Shown here: one piece after another, positions 30,214 to 40,591 of the stretch
Numbering within the stretch: position 1 is the stretch's first letter
Layout of the letters: each line of letters opens with the position of its first letter
DNA from: a virus
Lineage: Duplodnaviria; Caudoviricetes
Virus record (IMG/VR): IMGVR_UViG_3300027286_000002
Strand: one strand, 5' to 3'
DNA: 64,000 bases
The notes under the pieces: generated by a model
What the model was told of the DNA's origin: nothing
Databases searched by the model: none
The model's input: the letters and a program-made list of their open reading frames with translations, nothing else
Translations under genes and position numbers: made by a program

Positions 30214-33200
30214 ATGAGTACTACTACTAAAGGCACTAGCTTTGTTAATACTTCAAGAATTGAAAATAGACCTTATGCAGGATCATGGAAACCTAATTTT
30301 AGAAAAGTACATACATGGTCACCCGATGCTCTTGTCTATATTAATGGTGATACTGCTTTAATAGGCTGTCAAGAATGTAAAAATAAAATAGATTTCCAAC
30401 CTTTTATTACATCTGTTAATGTTGAAGCAGGTAATACATCTTCATCATCATCATCTTCTATTAATTTTTCTATACCTAAACATCATGGTGATAGCATCTT
30501 TAAAGATGGTACTTTTATTTTATGTGTAGGCTTAGAGATCAATGTCTATTATCGTGGTTTTTTTAATGTCCAGAATTTAGTTGAATCAGAAATCATTGAT
30601 TATGGTGATGAAGAATATGATTTAGCTGATCTACAAATGAAACCTTATTATCCTGTCTTTCATGGTGTTGTTACAAGTGTAAATTACACATATAGTGGTG
30701 GCTTTTATTCAGGCAGTTTATCGTGTAATGGTTTATTACATTTTTGGCAATATCAACATATCATCACACAATCAGCATCACTTGAATCTGTACCTAATGC
30801 TCAAATGCAACCTACAGGTCATGTGTTCACAGGCTGGACACCACATCAAATTATTAAATATCTATTTAAAGATCGTGGTGGGGCTCAAAAAAATGATTTA
30901 GGTTATGTAATCAATGGTGTTAGTAATTTATCTTCTCAAGGTGGTGATGAACTTTGGCAACAAGCATTACAATATTGGGAAACTAGATTTTCTCAAGGTC
31001 TTTATAATTTAAGAATGTATGGTGCATCAGGCAATCTTCTTACTAATGGTGCAGATGCTTATATAGATCAGCTTATTGTTAATAGTGGTTCTTTAAGTCC
31101 TAGATCTCAAAATGGTTTACCTACAATGAACTCTCAACAAAGAGTAGATAACACTCTTGATCCTAGAGTTCTTAGACAATATGATTTAATTGAAGTACCT
31201 TTGACAGGTACAGACACAGAACAAATACAACCTTTTACTTTAGATGTTGGCAGTGTTGGTCAATTTGATTCTTATCAATCTACTTATGAAACTAAATTAG
31301 GTATTGCAGATACTGTCGTTGAAAAAACAAATTGGGAATTTTTTCAAGATGTAGATGGTGATCTTGTTTTTAAACCACCTATGTTTAATCTTAATGTTAA
31401 AGGTAATCGTGTCTATACTATTAAACCTGAAGATATTGTAGATTTAGGTTTTACTCAAAAAGAACCTAATGCTACCTATGTTGTCTGTAAAGGTAGTATG
31501 TTTGGCAATATGACAGGTCTTGTAGATAACCAACAAATTGCACCTCAAGCACAATATGTAGATTATCGTTTAGTTGCTAAATTTGGATGGCGAGAAAATC
31601 AATTTGATGCCACTCATATTAAAGATCCTAAATCTGCTTTCTATATGGCATCTGCTAAACTTGATCTTCTTAATAAAGATGTTGAAGGCTGTACACTCAC
31701 TATTCCTTTAAGACCTGAATTAAAAGCAGGTTATCCTATCTATATTGAACATATAGATTGCTTTTATTATGTAGAAGCTGTTAGTCATTCTTTTTCTTTT
31801 GGTGGTGATTGCACTACTTCTTTAACTCTTGTTTGCAGAAGAAAGAAATTTATCCTGCCCGGCAGTTCTAACACTTCTTATGCACAAGACAGTAGTAAAG
31901 CTGTCGATCTAGCTAATATCTCTCAGCCTAATAAATATCTCAATTCTTTAGACACGGAAGGCAATGTTCGTGTCTGTGGTTTTCCTAATGTAGTTATGGC
32001 TATTGACCAAACTAAAATCAATCCTACTTCTTTACCATCAGGTCAAGATAATATTGAAATCTCTACACCTGAACATCTTAATATGCTTATCCTTGAAGCA
32101 CATAATGCAGGTATTTTACAAATTGCACCTCAAGCATCTAGTGATTTAAATAAAGGTAATCCTCTATTTAATGGACCCTTCTTTGTTAGAAATCCTGCTA
32201 GTACAGATGGTGAAGGTGAAATCATAGGTATTCTTGATGTTAAAGATGCTACAAGTCAATTAGGAACACAAGCTAGTATATCACCTAATAACTCTACTAA
32301 TGCAGTCCAACCTAAAGATAATTCTATTAAAGGTAATGATTTGAGCCAAGATCAAATTGCTAGTAATGAACTTAATGTACAAAACCAATCTCTACCTGAT
32401 GAAATACCTACTACATCTGTAGATATTGGACAACAACAATCTATTGCAGATAAGAAAGTCACTTTAAGTCAATTGGTAGATCTTGTTAAATCATATAGAT
32501 CATCAAATACAACAGCTTTTGGTCAAGGCAGTAAAGCAAATATCCTTGCAAATTTAGCTACAAGAAAATCTACCTTTGGTGGTGCTGTCGCTGGACATTA
32601 TAGATATTATAGTTGCTCTCATCCTGATGTTCAAATGCAAGGTGCAATTGAAATATCAGTAAAGAAAGGCAAAGTAGATTTTAAGCAACCACCTAGAATA
32701 GAGGCTAATCCCAATCTTAAAAATGTAAATGTTGTAATGCCTGATCCTACTAATGCTAATACTGATGGTAATCTTATTGAATTTGTAGATGATCCTAATT
32801 TTGTTAAGACAGGTATTCGTATCTTTAAGAACATTGGACAACCACAGGAAATTGTACCTACAAGTGAAATCAAAGGTCTTGCTTTTCAAAAGATAGATTT
32901 AGAGATACCTACTACTGTTATTACAGAGCAAACTCAAGGCACACCTATGGGAAAAATGACAGGTATTTCTTATTCTCAAATTGCCAAAATTATCCGTGAT
33001 CAATTATTTAGTAATGGTAGACCTTTATTAAGAGAAAAGAAGATTGGTGCTAATGATCCACAAATCAATAAGAATATTTGCGAAGTTTTATTTGATAAAG
33101 ATAAAATAGATGATATAAATGAGGATATTTTCCAAGCATATGCAAATGGTTCTTTATGTGATGGTGATGGCAAATCTCTTGTAGGTGATTATATAGAAAT

Positions 33201-34671
33201 TAATGGTGAAGGTATCCAAAGGATTCTAGGTGTTGCGATTAGAGAATGGTCAAGAGATATTTATGATGCACCTGTATCACCTGATAAAATAGGTGTTGCA
33301 AATGCTCGTCTTGATCCTGCTAATCAAAGATGGTGTGCAACACCAAGTAAAACATATTTAGATATATATACAGGACGAGATTATCGTTATGATTGTCAAG
33401 TCGCATGGTGTGGTCTTTTTGCTCAATATTGCATTAAAGAAAGTGGTGCAATTAAACCTAGTGTTTATGATGGTGGATTTTTAGGTGGATGTGGTGGCAT
33501 TTTTAGTAAATGGGGAAATACTCCTAGATTTATCGATTACTATAAAAATAAAAATGCAGAAATCAAAGTAGGTGATATTGTTATCTTTAATGGTATTGAT
33601 AGTGAAACAGGTGCACCCACTAATAAATCTGCTGAACATGGTAAACATATTGCTCTTTGTGCTGAAATCCATCAAGATTATATTATCTGTGTAGATGGTA
33701 ATTCGTTTGGACTACATCCAGATGGTAAAGAAGGTACAGGTGTTGTTAAAACTAAACGAAAAAAAGATATTATTTGGTATCTTTATCGTTTCCTTCCTGA
33801 AGATTTTATTCCACCTGCTCAAACTCCAAAAGCTAATCCTAATGACAGTGTCTATAAAATTAAACTTAATAACATTGTTACTAACCTTATGGCTAAACTA
33901 GAAAAAAAACATTCTGTACTTACTGATCTTAAAAAAGCTAAAGAAAATCCACAAGCTGTCCAAAATGTCTTTAATACTCAAGGTGAAAATATTGATAAAC
34001 TTCAAAAAGATTTAAAAATCCTTTTAAGTCTTACAGGTGGTTTTAATCTCACTCCAAGTAATAGTCTTGCTAGTGGTGCAGGTGCTTATAATAATGATCC
34101 TACTGTTATGCCTGTTTTCCCTGTATCTGATGAATATGGTTATGAAGTATTTGGTAGTTATCCTTATGGCAGAGGATTGACTTTAAGAAAAAATGGATCT
34201 TTTGAAAAACTATTAAAGAAAGATAAAACATCTTCTGTAAATTTAGAGGACACTAAAGAAGATGTTGCAGGCAGTGAACTTGCTAATGTCACTATTCAAG
34301 AAGGTAGCAATACAATTAAAAATGCAGTCAATTCAGATGCGAATTTAAATAAAGAAATGTCTACAAATATTATTGATAGTGGTCTTGCTAACCAGCCTGT
34401 AAATCAAACTTCTGTTGATCAAGGTCTTATTATTGAATCCGTGCCAAAGAAACTTCAAGATATTACTCCAAACTTTGATCAAAAAGGTAATGTCTGTGAT
34501 TGTAGATCTTATGATAGAGATTTACAGCTTTTAGGTATAAGTCTTGATGGTGCATATAACTATGTCAATGTTGGTCAAGAACAACTTGTTAAGAAAATGG
34601 CTAACGATAACTTCTCTAAAGCTGAAGTTTGGCAATCTAACCAAAGCAAATTAATAGGTGGTGGCAAATGA
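30214..34671 (+). CDS. Baseplate hub protein with inserted CHAP/NlpC-P60-like amidase domain
   Basis: Hub-like WEFFQDVDGDLVFKPP and LRPELKAGYP..FYYVEAVSHSF; insert AWCGLFAQYC...GDIVIF...HIALC...DGNS; likely start ATG 30214. Confidence 0.7.
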   Translation: MSTTTKGTSFVNTSRIENRPYAGSWKPNFRKVHTWSPDALVYINGDTALIGCQECKNKIDFQPFITSVNVEAGNTSSSSSSSINFSIPKHHGDSIFKDGTFILCVGLEINVYYRGFFNVQNLVESEIIDYGDEEYDLADLQMKPYYPVFHGVVTSVNYTYSGGFYSGSLSCNGLLHFWQYQHIITQSASLESVPNAQMQPTGHVFTGWTPHQIIKYLFKDRGGAQKNDLGYVINGVSNLSSQGGDELWQQALQYWETRFSQGLYNLRMYGASGNLLTNGADAYIDQLIVNSGSLSPRSQNGLPTMNSQQRVDNTLDPRVLRQYDLIEVPLTGTDTEQIQPFTLDVGSVGQFDSYQSTYETKLGIADTVVEKTNWEFFQDVDGDLVFKPPMFNLNVKGNRVYTIKPEDIVDLGFTQKEPNATYVVCKGSMFGNMTGLVDNQQIAPQAQYVDYRLVAKFGWRENQFDATHIKDPKSAFYMASAKLDLLNKDVEGCTLTIPLRPELKAGYPIYIEHIDCFYYVEAVSHSFSFGGDCTTSLTLVCRRKKFILPGSSNTSYAQDSSKAVDLANISQPNKYLNSLDTEGNVRVCGFPNVVMAIDQTKINPTSLPSGQDNIEISTPEHLNMLILEAHNAGILQIAPQASSDLNKGNPLFNGPFFVRNPASTDGEGEIIGILDVKDATSQLGTQASISPNNSTNAVQPKDNSIKGNDLSQDQIASNELNVQNQSLPDEIPTTSVDIGQQQSIADKKVTLSQLVDLVKSYRSSNTTAFGQGSKANILANLATRKSTFGGAVAGHYRYYSCSHPDVQMQGAIEISVKKGKVDFKQPPRIEANPNLKNVNVVMPDPTNANTDGNLIEFVDDPNFVKTGIRIFKNIGQPQEIVPTSEIKGLAFQKIDLEIPTTVITEQTQGTPMGKMTGISYSQIAKIIRDQLFSNGRPLLREKKIGANDPQINKNICEVLFDKDKIDDINEDIFQAYANGSLCDGDGKSLVGDYIEINGEGIQRILGVAIREWSRDIYDAPVSPDKIGVANARLDPANQRWCATPSKTYLDIYTGRDYRYDCQVAWCGLFAQYCIKESGAIKPSVYDGGFLGGCGGIFSKWGNTPRFIDYYKNKNAEIKVGDIVIFNGIDSETGAPTNKSAEHGKHIALCAEIHQDYIICVDGNSFGLHPDGKEGTGVVKTKRKKDIIWYLYRFLPEDFIPPAQTPKANPNDSVYKIKLNNIVTNLMAKLEKKHSVLTDLKKAKENPQAVQNVFNTQGENIDKLQKDLKILLSLTGGFNLTPSNSLASGAGAYNNDPTVMPVFPVSDEYGYEVFGSYPYGRGLTLRKNGSFEKLLKKDKTSSVNLEDTKEDVAGSELANVTIQEGSNTIKNAVNSDANLNKEMSTNIIDSGLANQPVNQTSVDQGLIIESVPKKLQDITPNFDQKGNVCDCRSYDRDLQLLGISLDGAYNYVNVGQEQLVKKMANDNFSKAEVWQSNQSKLIGGGK

Positions 34672-36890
34672 GTAATACTACTCTCACTAATAATTTAAGA
34701 AATGAACTTGCTCCTAAATCATCTTCTCAAGGATGGTCTAAACTTTCTATCTCTCTCGCAAGCATTATTAAAGTTTATGCTGAAGAACTTAGATGTGATA
34801 TTAAAGTTGTGCAAGGTGAAAAAGATGAACCTATTTATTCAGGTGTTGAAATTATCCTGCCTGCTTTTGGTGCTAGACATTTCTTAGGTGCTATTCCTGA
34901 TATTAATGATCTTTGTATTGTAGGCTGGATGTCTGCTGATCAAGATGGGAAAAGAAAACCTGCTATTTTAGGTTGGTTTCCCAAATCACCTTTTCTAGGA
35001 CATGATTGGTTGCCTACTCAATCTACTACTACTGAAGAAGGTATGCTCAATACACCTAAAGATAGAATTGAACTTAAAGGTATTAGTCATCGTATTAGAA
35101 ATAAATTAAGACACTTTCAAGCTGGCAATATTGGTGCATCTTCATCTCAAGGCTCTGATCTTGTTTTAGATGAAAGTGTTTTATTATCTAATAGGCGAGC
35201 AAATGAAATTAGATTGAGAGATCAAGATCAAGCATTTGTTGTAAGATCCCAACAACAATTCCATACAATGAGTGGTGCTAGAATTTATGGTGGCATTGTT
35301 CAAAGAGATGCTAGAACTTTACCTAAAGAACTTATCTCTGATGGTAGTGATTGGTCTGATCCATATCAATTAGATGTAGATGGCAAACCTAAAAGAAATT
35401 TTAAAAATGATACTGTTTCACAGGATAACTATAAACCACACCATCTTTTTAGAAAAGAAAGTCTTAATGAAAAAAACAACTTTGAGAAAGATGATGGTTT
35501 CATCACTGTTGATCCATATAAATTCGTTTACAATGCTAACCTTGTTAATGAGTTTTTTGAAAATGAAAGTGAAACTAGAAGTCTTGTTTATGGTGGCAAA
35601 GCTATTCTTAGATTAAATACAGAAGGCAAAGCATCTTTTAATACTAACATGGCTACTGAATATCGTATCGAACTTAATCACTTAACTGATGGCACTTTAC
35701 CTGTATCTGAACAGACAGATGGTTTTGATTCTGATAGACTGCCTGATGTTAAAGAAAGCAAAGATAAATTACCTTTTGTTGAATTTGTTTTAGGTTCTGT
35801 AGTCGGTAATGAAGCATTTACTTTAACAGGTAAAGATTTATATGGTAAACCTTTATCACCTAAAATTGAATTTGGTGCAGGTTCTTCTCTTGTAGATGCT
35901 TCTACTTTAGATTTACAAGAACATTCTGCTACTTTATTAAAAGTACAACCTGTTGTTGGTGGTGATCCTGCATCTTTTATTTCTTTTACCAAAGGTGGTG
36001 CTTTAAGAGCATTTATAGGTAATGCTACTACTGAATATGGCATTAAGGCTAAAGTCAATAGTGGTGTTGGTCTATCTGCTCAAAAAGTAAATGTTCAAAC
36101 TACAGGTAATTTGGATATGAACTTAGGTGGACAGGTTTCTCTTAATGCTGGCAACAATGTAGATTTAAAATCCAATAAAGTTATTAATATTAATGCAGTC
36201 AATACGATCAATCTTAGCTCTAATGAAAGAATAAACTTATCTGCTCCTGTTGTAAATTTAGCTGATGCAGGTCAAGTTGTACTTAAATCTCAAAGTGCTT
36301 TAAATTTTGGTAGTGCTGAATCAATCAATATTTCAGCTAAAGGTAAAAATGAAACCATTATGGGTGGTTCAAGTACTACCATTAGTGGACCCAAAGACTT
36401 TAATATGTTAAGTGGACCGCCACGATCTACAAAGATTTTGGCATCACCTGCAACAGGTCAAGTCGCAGGTATTGTAGATGAAAAGGTTGTTGCTTTTGGT
36501 GATGAACTTAATACTTATTTGACTACTAGCAATATTACCGATCTCATTACATCAGGTACTAAAAATACTGTCATTGGTGCAGGTGCTTTAAATATGACTG
36601 TTGGAGCAAATGCTATTAATCTTACACCTGCAAGTGCAATAATAAATGCTACTGCAGGTGTAGCTACTGTGAATGCTTTAAGTGGTATTGCTACTCTCAA
36701 TGGTGTTGCTAGTGCAGTAGTTAATAGTGAAGTTGTTACTACCATTCGTGGTGGTGGTGCTTTAGTTTTATCTAGTAAAGGTACAAGTGTTGGTTTTATT
36801 ATGTGTGGATCAGATAGAGATACTGTCACAGGCTTGCCATATGTAGCATTAGGTTTAATTCCAAGAGGTCATGTTTTAGCTATTGGTTGA
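34668..36890 (+). CDS. Baseplate central spike (gp5/VgrG-like)
   Basis: N-terminal OB-like GAIPDINDLCIVGW, then a long beta-helix-like small-residue repeat; ATGA overlap with the hub. Confidence 0.65.
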   Translation: MSNTTLTNNLRNELAPKSSSQGWSKLSISLASIIKVYAEELRCDIKVVQGEKDEPIYSGVEIILPAFGARHFLGAIPDINDLCIVGWMSADQDGKRKPAILGWFPKSPFLGHDWLPTQSTTTEEGMLNTPKDRIELKGISHRIRNKLRHFQAGNIGASSSQGSDLVLDESVLLSNRRANEIRLRDQDQAFVVRSQQQFHTMSGARIYGGIVQRDARTLPKELISDGSDWSDPYQLDVDGKPKRNFKNDTVSQDNYKPHHLFRKESLNEKNNFEKDDGFITVDPYKFVYNANLVNEFFENESETRSLVYGGKAILRLNTEGKASFNTNMATEYRIELNHLTDGTLPVSEQTDGFDSDRLPDVKESKDKLPFVEFVLGSVVGNEAFTLTGKDLYGKPLSPKIEFGAGSSLVDASTLDLQEHSATLLKVQPVVGGDPASFISFTKGGALRAFIGNATTEYGIKAKVNSGVGLSAQKVNVQTTGNLDMNLGGQVSLNAGNNVDLKSNKVININAVNTINLSSNERINLSAPVVNLADAGQVVLKSQSALNFGSAESINISAKGKNETIMGGSSTTISGPKDFNMLSGPPRSTKILASPATGQVAGIVDEKVVAFGDELNTYLTTSNITDLITSGTKNTVIGAGALNMTVGANAINLTPASAIINATAGVATVNALSGIATLNGVASAVVNSEVVTTIRGGGALVLSSKGTSVGFIMCGSDRDTVTGLPYVALGLIPRGHVLAIG

Positions 36891-36955
36891 TCTTAATAAT
36901 TTATTTATATCTTTGTGATTAACAAAAACCAATTCTTTTTTAAAGGACATAACAA

Positions 36956-37984
36956 ATGGTAATCAATGAAATCTATCGTATTGCAAAACAAACCAAAGGC
37001 AGTAGTGCTTTACAAAAGGCTTGTTTAAGAGCATTAACAGCTAAACCAAATATGAGAAGAAAAGCTAATGTTGGCAATATTGATGGTCAACTACAAGCAT
37101 TAACAGAACTTCCTGCAAATGAACAAAAAGAAGTCAAAGTAGGTGTTTTAAGTGAAATCGTAAATAAAGTTAAAGTCCAAATGCAATCTCATATAGATGC
37201 AGGTGCTTTAGATACCTTTAAAGATCTAATCAAAGAAACAGGTCTTGCGAATAAAATTCGTAGAGGTGAAAAGATTATTACTGCACCTTCAAATCCACTT
37301 GAAAAAAAGATTAGTGAAAAAGCTAAAAGTTTTGCAGATGTTTCAGATAGCATTGCTTTTCTAGGTCGTATTACTCAAGCAGAATCACCTGAAGAAATTG
37401 TTAAAGCACTTGATATTTCTATGGATGAATTTGAAGGATACCTTTCTGTACTTTTAGGTAAAAAAGTCACAGGTCTTATTGGTGGTGGTTGGAGAAAGTT
37501 TTACTCTGCTATTGCTGAAATTAAAGAAGTATATAAGTTATTTACTGTTGAACTTGCAATGACACTTTTAGAAGCTAGTGTTTTTAGTTTTGTAGTTATG
37601 GCTTTTGGTGGTGGTTCTTTTATGGATATTCTTCATAGTATCGGACATGGCATTAAAGAAGTTCTCTATATTGTCATCTTGTCTGTTTTATTATTGGATA
37701 TTAAAGATTCCGCCCAATTCATTCGCAAACAAGATATTTTAATTAAAGCTATTCCTATTGTGCTTTTTAATGATTTAATTCGTGCATTAAAATGGTCTTG
37801 GAATAAAATCTCTACTTTCTTTAGTAAAATCGTTTCTAATACTGTTGCTTTCTTTGATTCATGGTTTGGTGATGATGAAGAAGTTGAAACATCTAATCCC
37901 AAAGTTGCTGTCTTTAGAGAAACCTTAAGACTTGCATCTGTTAATCCTGTTTTCCATCAACGAGTTTTAGAACTTTTAGATTGA
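36956..37984 (+). CDS. Hydrophobic hypothetical protein with basic leader (RKAN) and trailer (KVAV..RLAS); paralog of 61018
   Basis: Shared C-terminal P....ND...A.KW..NK....F.....W..DEE block with 61018. Confidence 0.8.
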   Translation: MVINEIYRIAKQTKGSSALQKACLRALTAKPNMRRKANVGNIDGQLQALTELPANEQKEVKVGVLSEIVNKVKVQMQSHIDAGALDTFKDLIKETGLANKIRRGEKIITAPSNPLEKKISEKAKSFADVSDSIAFLGRITQAESPEEIVKALDISMDEFEGYLSVLLGKKVTGLIGGGWRKFYSAIAEIKEVYKLFTVELAMTLLEASVFSFVVMAFGGGSFMDILHSIGHGIKEVLYIVILSVLLLDIKDSAQFIRKQDILIKAIPIVLFNDLIRALKWSWNKISTFFSKIVSNTVAFFDSWFGDDEEVETSNPKVAVFRETLRLASVNPVFHQRVLELLD

Positions 37985-38526
37985 ACTTTCTTTTTTCTTT
38001 GAATATTTAATTTCTTTTCTCTTTGCATTAAATCATAAGCATGAAACTTTTGTTTCGCATCTAATTTCATATTCCCTTCTATTGTAGCAAATCCACTGTC
38101 TTTATCTATTCGTCTTGATGTCAATCCTATTACCCCCGGCATCAATGCTTTCACTAGCTTTGGATCTATCATATTAATTGATATATCCCATACCATTGCT
38201 AAAACCATTGGTGAACATACCTTTAATGGTTTACCATCATATTCGCATGGCATCTTTTCTTTATATAAAGATGCACCTGATCCTGTCTGTAATTCCATAT
38301 CAAAGAAATACACTTCCTTTGGCTCAACATTCAAAAATGGAAAATTAAAATGCAAATGCAAATTCTTATCGCCAAACACAGGTCTAATTTCTGTGATGGT
38401 TTGCCAGCCATGTATCACTATTTGCAAGTCTTTTGATTCTACTAACCTGCTAATAAATTCTTGTTCTACTTCTGTAAGTGGAATATAGATATGCTTATTA
38501 TTGCCACCACCAAAGATATTACTCAT
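37957..38526 (-). CDS. Hypothetical protein
   Basis: Likely start MSNIFGGG at 38526; convergent with 36956. Confidence 0.7.
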   Translation of the reverse strand: MSNIFGGGNNKHIYIPLTEVEQEFISRLVESKDLQIVIHGWQTITEIRPVFGDKNLHLHFNFPFLNVEPKEVYFFDMELQTGSGASLYKEKMPCEYDGKPLKVCSPMVLAMVWDISINMIDPKLVKALMPGVIGLTSRRIDKDSGFATIEGNMKLDAKQKFHAYDLMQREKKLNIQRKKKVQSKSSKTR

Positions 38527-38527
38527 T

Positions 38528-38764
38528 TTATTTAATCCCTTCAGGTTTCTCTTCAAAATCACAGGTTTCAGGTTCTGTATCACATTGGTTATTGCAATCA
38601 CATTTTGGCAATTCACATTTAAAAGGCGAATTTGAATACTTTACTTTTTCATCTTTTGTTAATGCACACCAATCAGCTTTTGATCTCACTTCTTTATGTT
38701 TGTCTTGTGCTGGTGATTTGAGTATCAAACTCACTAATAAAAGCAATCCTAATAAATATTTCAT
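38528..38764 (-). CDS. Small secreted Cys-rich protein
   Basis: Signal-peptide-like MKYLLGLLLLVSLILKSPAQ followed by 6 Cys. Confidence 0.65.
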   Translation of the reverse strand: MKYLLGLLLLVSLILKSPAQDKHKEVRSKADWCALTKDEKVKYSNSPFKCELPKCDCNNQCDTEPETCDFEEKPEGIK

Positions 38765-38837
38765 ATTTGACCTTTCTTAGGTGTATAATGTCTTTATATT
38801 ATACATACAATAAAAGAGATACAAAAAGGATTTTATT

Positions 38838-39026
38838 ATGGCTATGATGAAAACAGGCACACCTGCTACTCAAGTGAATACAGAAACTGTTCGTGGTTAT
38901 CAAGATGGTTTACAAGGCACATCTAATCCACCTTCTGATCCTGTGCAATTACAATTCTATAATCAAGGTTTTGATCTAGGTCAAAAAGTTAAGAATGGAC
39001 AGGCTCAAGCACCTATTTGGGCATAA
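38838..39026 (+). CDS. Small hypothetical protein
   Basis: AAAAGGA RBS; two GY/F.DG/LG repeats. Confidence 0.7.
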   Translation: MAMMKTGTPATQVNTETVRGYQDGLQGTSNPPSDPVQLQFYNQGFDLGQKVKNGQAQAPIWA

Positions 39027-39098
39027 GATCAATATTTCTTTTATTAAATCAATCTTAATAGAATAGAGAAAATCCACTTTCACAAAAGGACAAATAAA

Positions 39099-39485
39099 AT
39101 GATCCGTAGAAATCCTACTTCTTCTTTGAGAACTCGTTTAGCTTCTCAATATAAGAGAGCAAATCCTGCTCTCAAGCAAGAATATGCAAAAACAATCCAA
39201 ATTATTAAAAACCAAATGGGGAAACTTCTAAAAGATGGTGATCTTTTTTTACAAAAAAGATATCAACAACTTGAAGATCAAATGCCCTGGGACCAATTGT
39301 ATCATCTCCATGCAGAATTGACAGGCGAACAACTTGATCTTGAGGATATCAAGTATAATATTCTAACTCAATGGCAAGACTTAGCTTATAGTTTAACACC
39401 TTCACTTCCTGTGGAATCTACTAAGGACTTTGAAGAACTTATGTCATCTTTAGATCAACTTAAGAATGATGTAATTAAGAGATAA
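39099..39485 (+). CDS. Hypothetical protein with basic leader (SLRTRLASQYKRAN)
   Basis: AAAGGA RBS; leader motif. Confidence 0.75.
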   Translation: MIRRNPTSSLRTRLASQYKRANPALKQEYAKTIQIIKNQMGKLLKDGDLFLQKRYQQLEDQMPWDQLYHLHAELTGEQLDLEDIKYNILTQWQDLAYSLTPSLPVESTKDFEELMSSLDQLKNDVIKR

Positions 39486-39578
39486 ACCTTTGGCACAAAC
39501 TATCGAATCCTAAAATCTTTGCTTATTTTCATATAAAATTCTCTTTCTCAATACTTTATTTATATCATTCTTATTAAA

Positions 39579-39654
39579 TGTAGTCGCCTCCTGCAATTAG
39601 GTGTTCCTTGTTCGTTCGCACGAAACGATCCTACAAAAATTCGTGCATCCTAAT
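39579..39654. ncRNA. Candidate structured RNA (GC-enriched intergenic element with nested and crossing stems)
   Basis: 34/76 GC; ATTAGG/CCTAAT, GCACGAA/TTCGTGC and TGTAG/CTACA complementary pairs. Confidence 0.3.
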
Positions 39655-39655
39655 C

Positions 39656-40591
39656 TTAAAAAAGAGAATGCAATCCTTGATTTGGTGTAGCTATTGGCTT
39701 TTTAGGTTTAGAAATGGGTGTTCCAATTTTTCTTAATTTTAAATTTCCATTAAAAAAATCACATACTCTTTGTGTGGCAATATTAGAATACTTTTCATCT
39801 CTATCTATACTCATAGCTTTACGATTATTTTTAATGGATGCAATCAAAGTTGAGCCTACTCCACCAAAAGGATCAAGTATCCAATCATCTTCATCTGTAA
39901 ATGCCAAAACACACCTTTCTGCAATTTCTACAGGAAATTGACAAGGATGCTCTGTTTTTTCAGGATGTGCATTTTTCACATTAGGTACATCAAATATACC
40001 TTTTTCAAATTCGTTTTCTATTATTTCCCAAAAATCAGATGGATTTTTACCTAAAGGATTTCCACTAAGTTGTCCTTTTTTCGGTCCTTTAAAATGTTTT
40101 TTATCTGGATATAAAGAAGGTACTCTAATAGAGTCAAGATTGAAAGTATAGTCTTTAGTTTTTGTAAACCATAATAAAACTTCATACCTACCTGATAGCT
40201 TTTTTGTGCTATGTAAGCCATGCTCAAAATGCCATACTATACGATTTCTAAGCTGTAAACCTAGCTTCTTACAAATAGGATAAAAATAAAAATCTAAAGG
40301 AAACATTTCACCATTATTTACAAAAGTGCCTACCTGTAATACTAAACTGCCATTTGAATGTAGTATTCTAACTAATTCTACAAGTATATTTTCTTGCCAT
40401 TCTAAATAGACATCTAGTTTGGTTTGAGTTTCATATGACTTACCTATATTATAAGGTGGTGATGTCAAAATAAGTTTGAATTTCTCATTAGGCAAATTCT
40501 TAATCTCTTCTAAACTGTCTTTTGTAGCAATTACAATTGAACTGTCCTCTTCAAAACTATTAGATATTTCAAAATAAGATTTCATTAACAA
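39656..40591 (-). CDS. Beta-class amino DNA methyltransferase (probably N4-cytosine)
   Basis: LILTSPPYNIG (motif IV) precedes HPCQFP and WILDPFGGVGST (motif I). Confidence 0.85.
   Translation of the reverse strand: MLMKSYFEISNSFEEDSSIVIATKDSLEEIKNLPNEKFKLILTSPPYNIGKSYETQTKLDVYLEWQENILVELVRILHSNGSLVLQVGTFVNNGEMFPLDFYFYPICKKLGLQLRNRIVWHFEHGLHSTKKLSGRYEVLLWFTKTKDYTFNLDSIRVPSLYPDKKHFKGPKKGQLSGNPLGKNPSDFWEIIENEFEKGIFDVPNVKNAHPEKTEHPCQFPVEIAERCVLAFTDEDDWILDPFGGVGSTLIASIKNNRKAMSIDRDEKYSNIATQRVCDFFNGNLKLRKIGTPISKPKKPIATPNQGLHSLF

Noticed and set aside
39579-39654. tRNA or HDV-like (theta) ribozyme identity for the 76 nt element
   Set aside because: GTTCG is not in a paired T-arm, there is no acceptor stem or CCA, and the stem order does not fit the HDV P1-P2-P3-P4 topology; kept only as an unassigned structure
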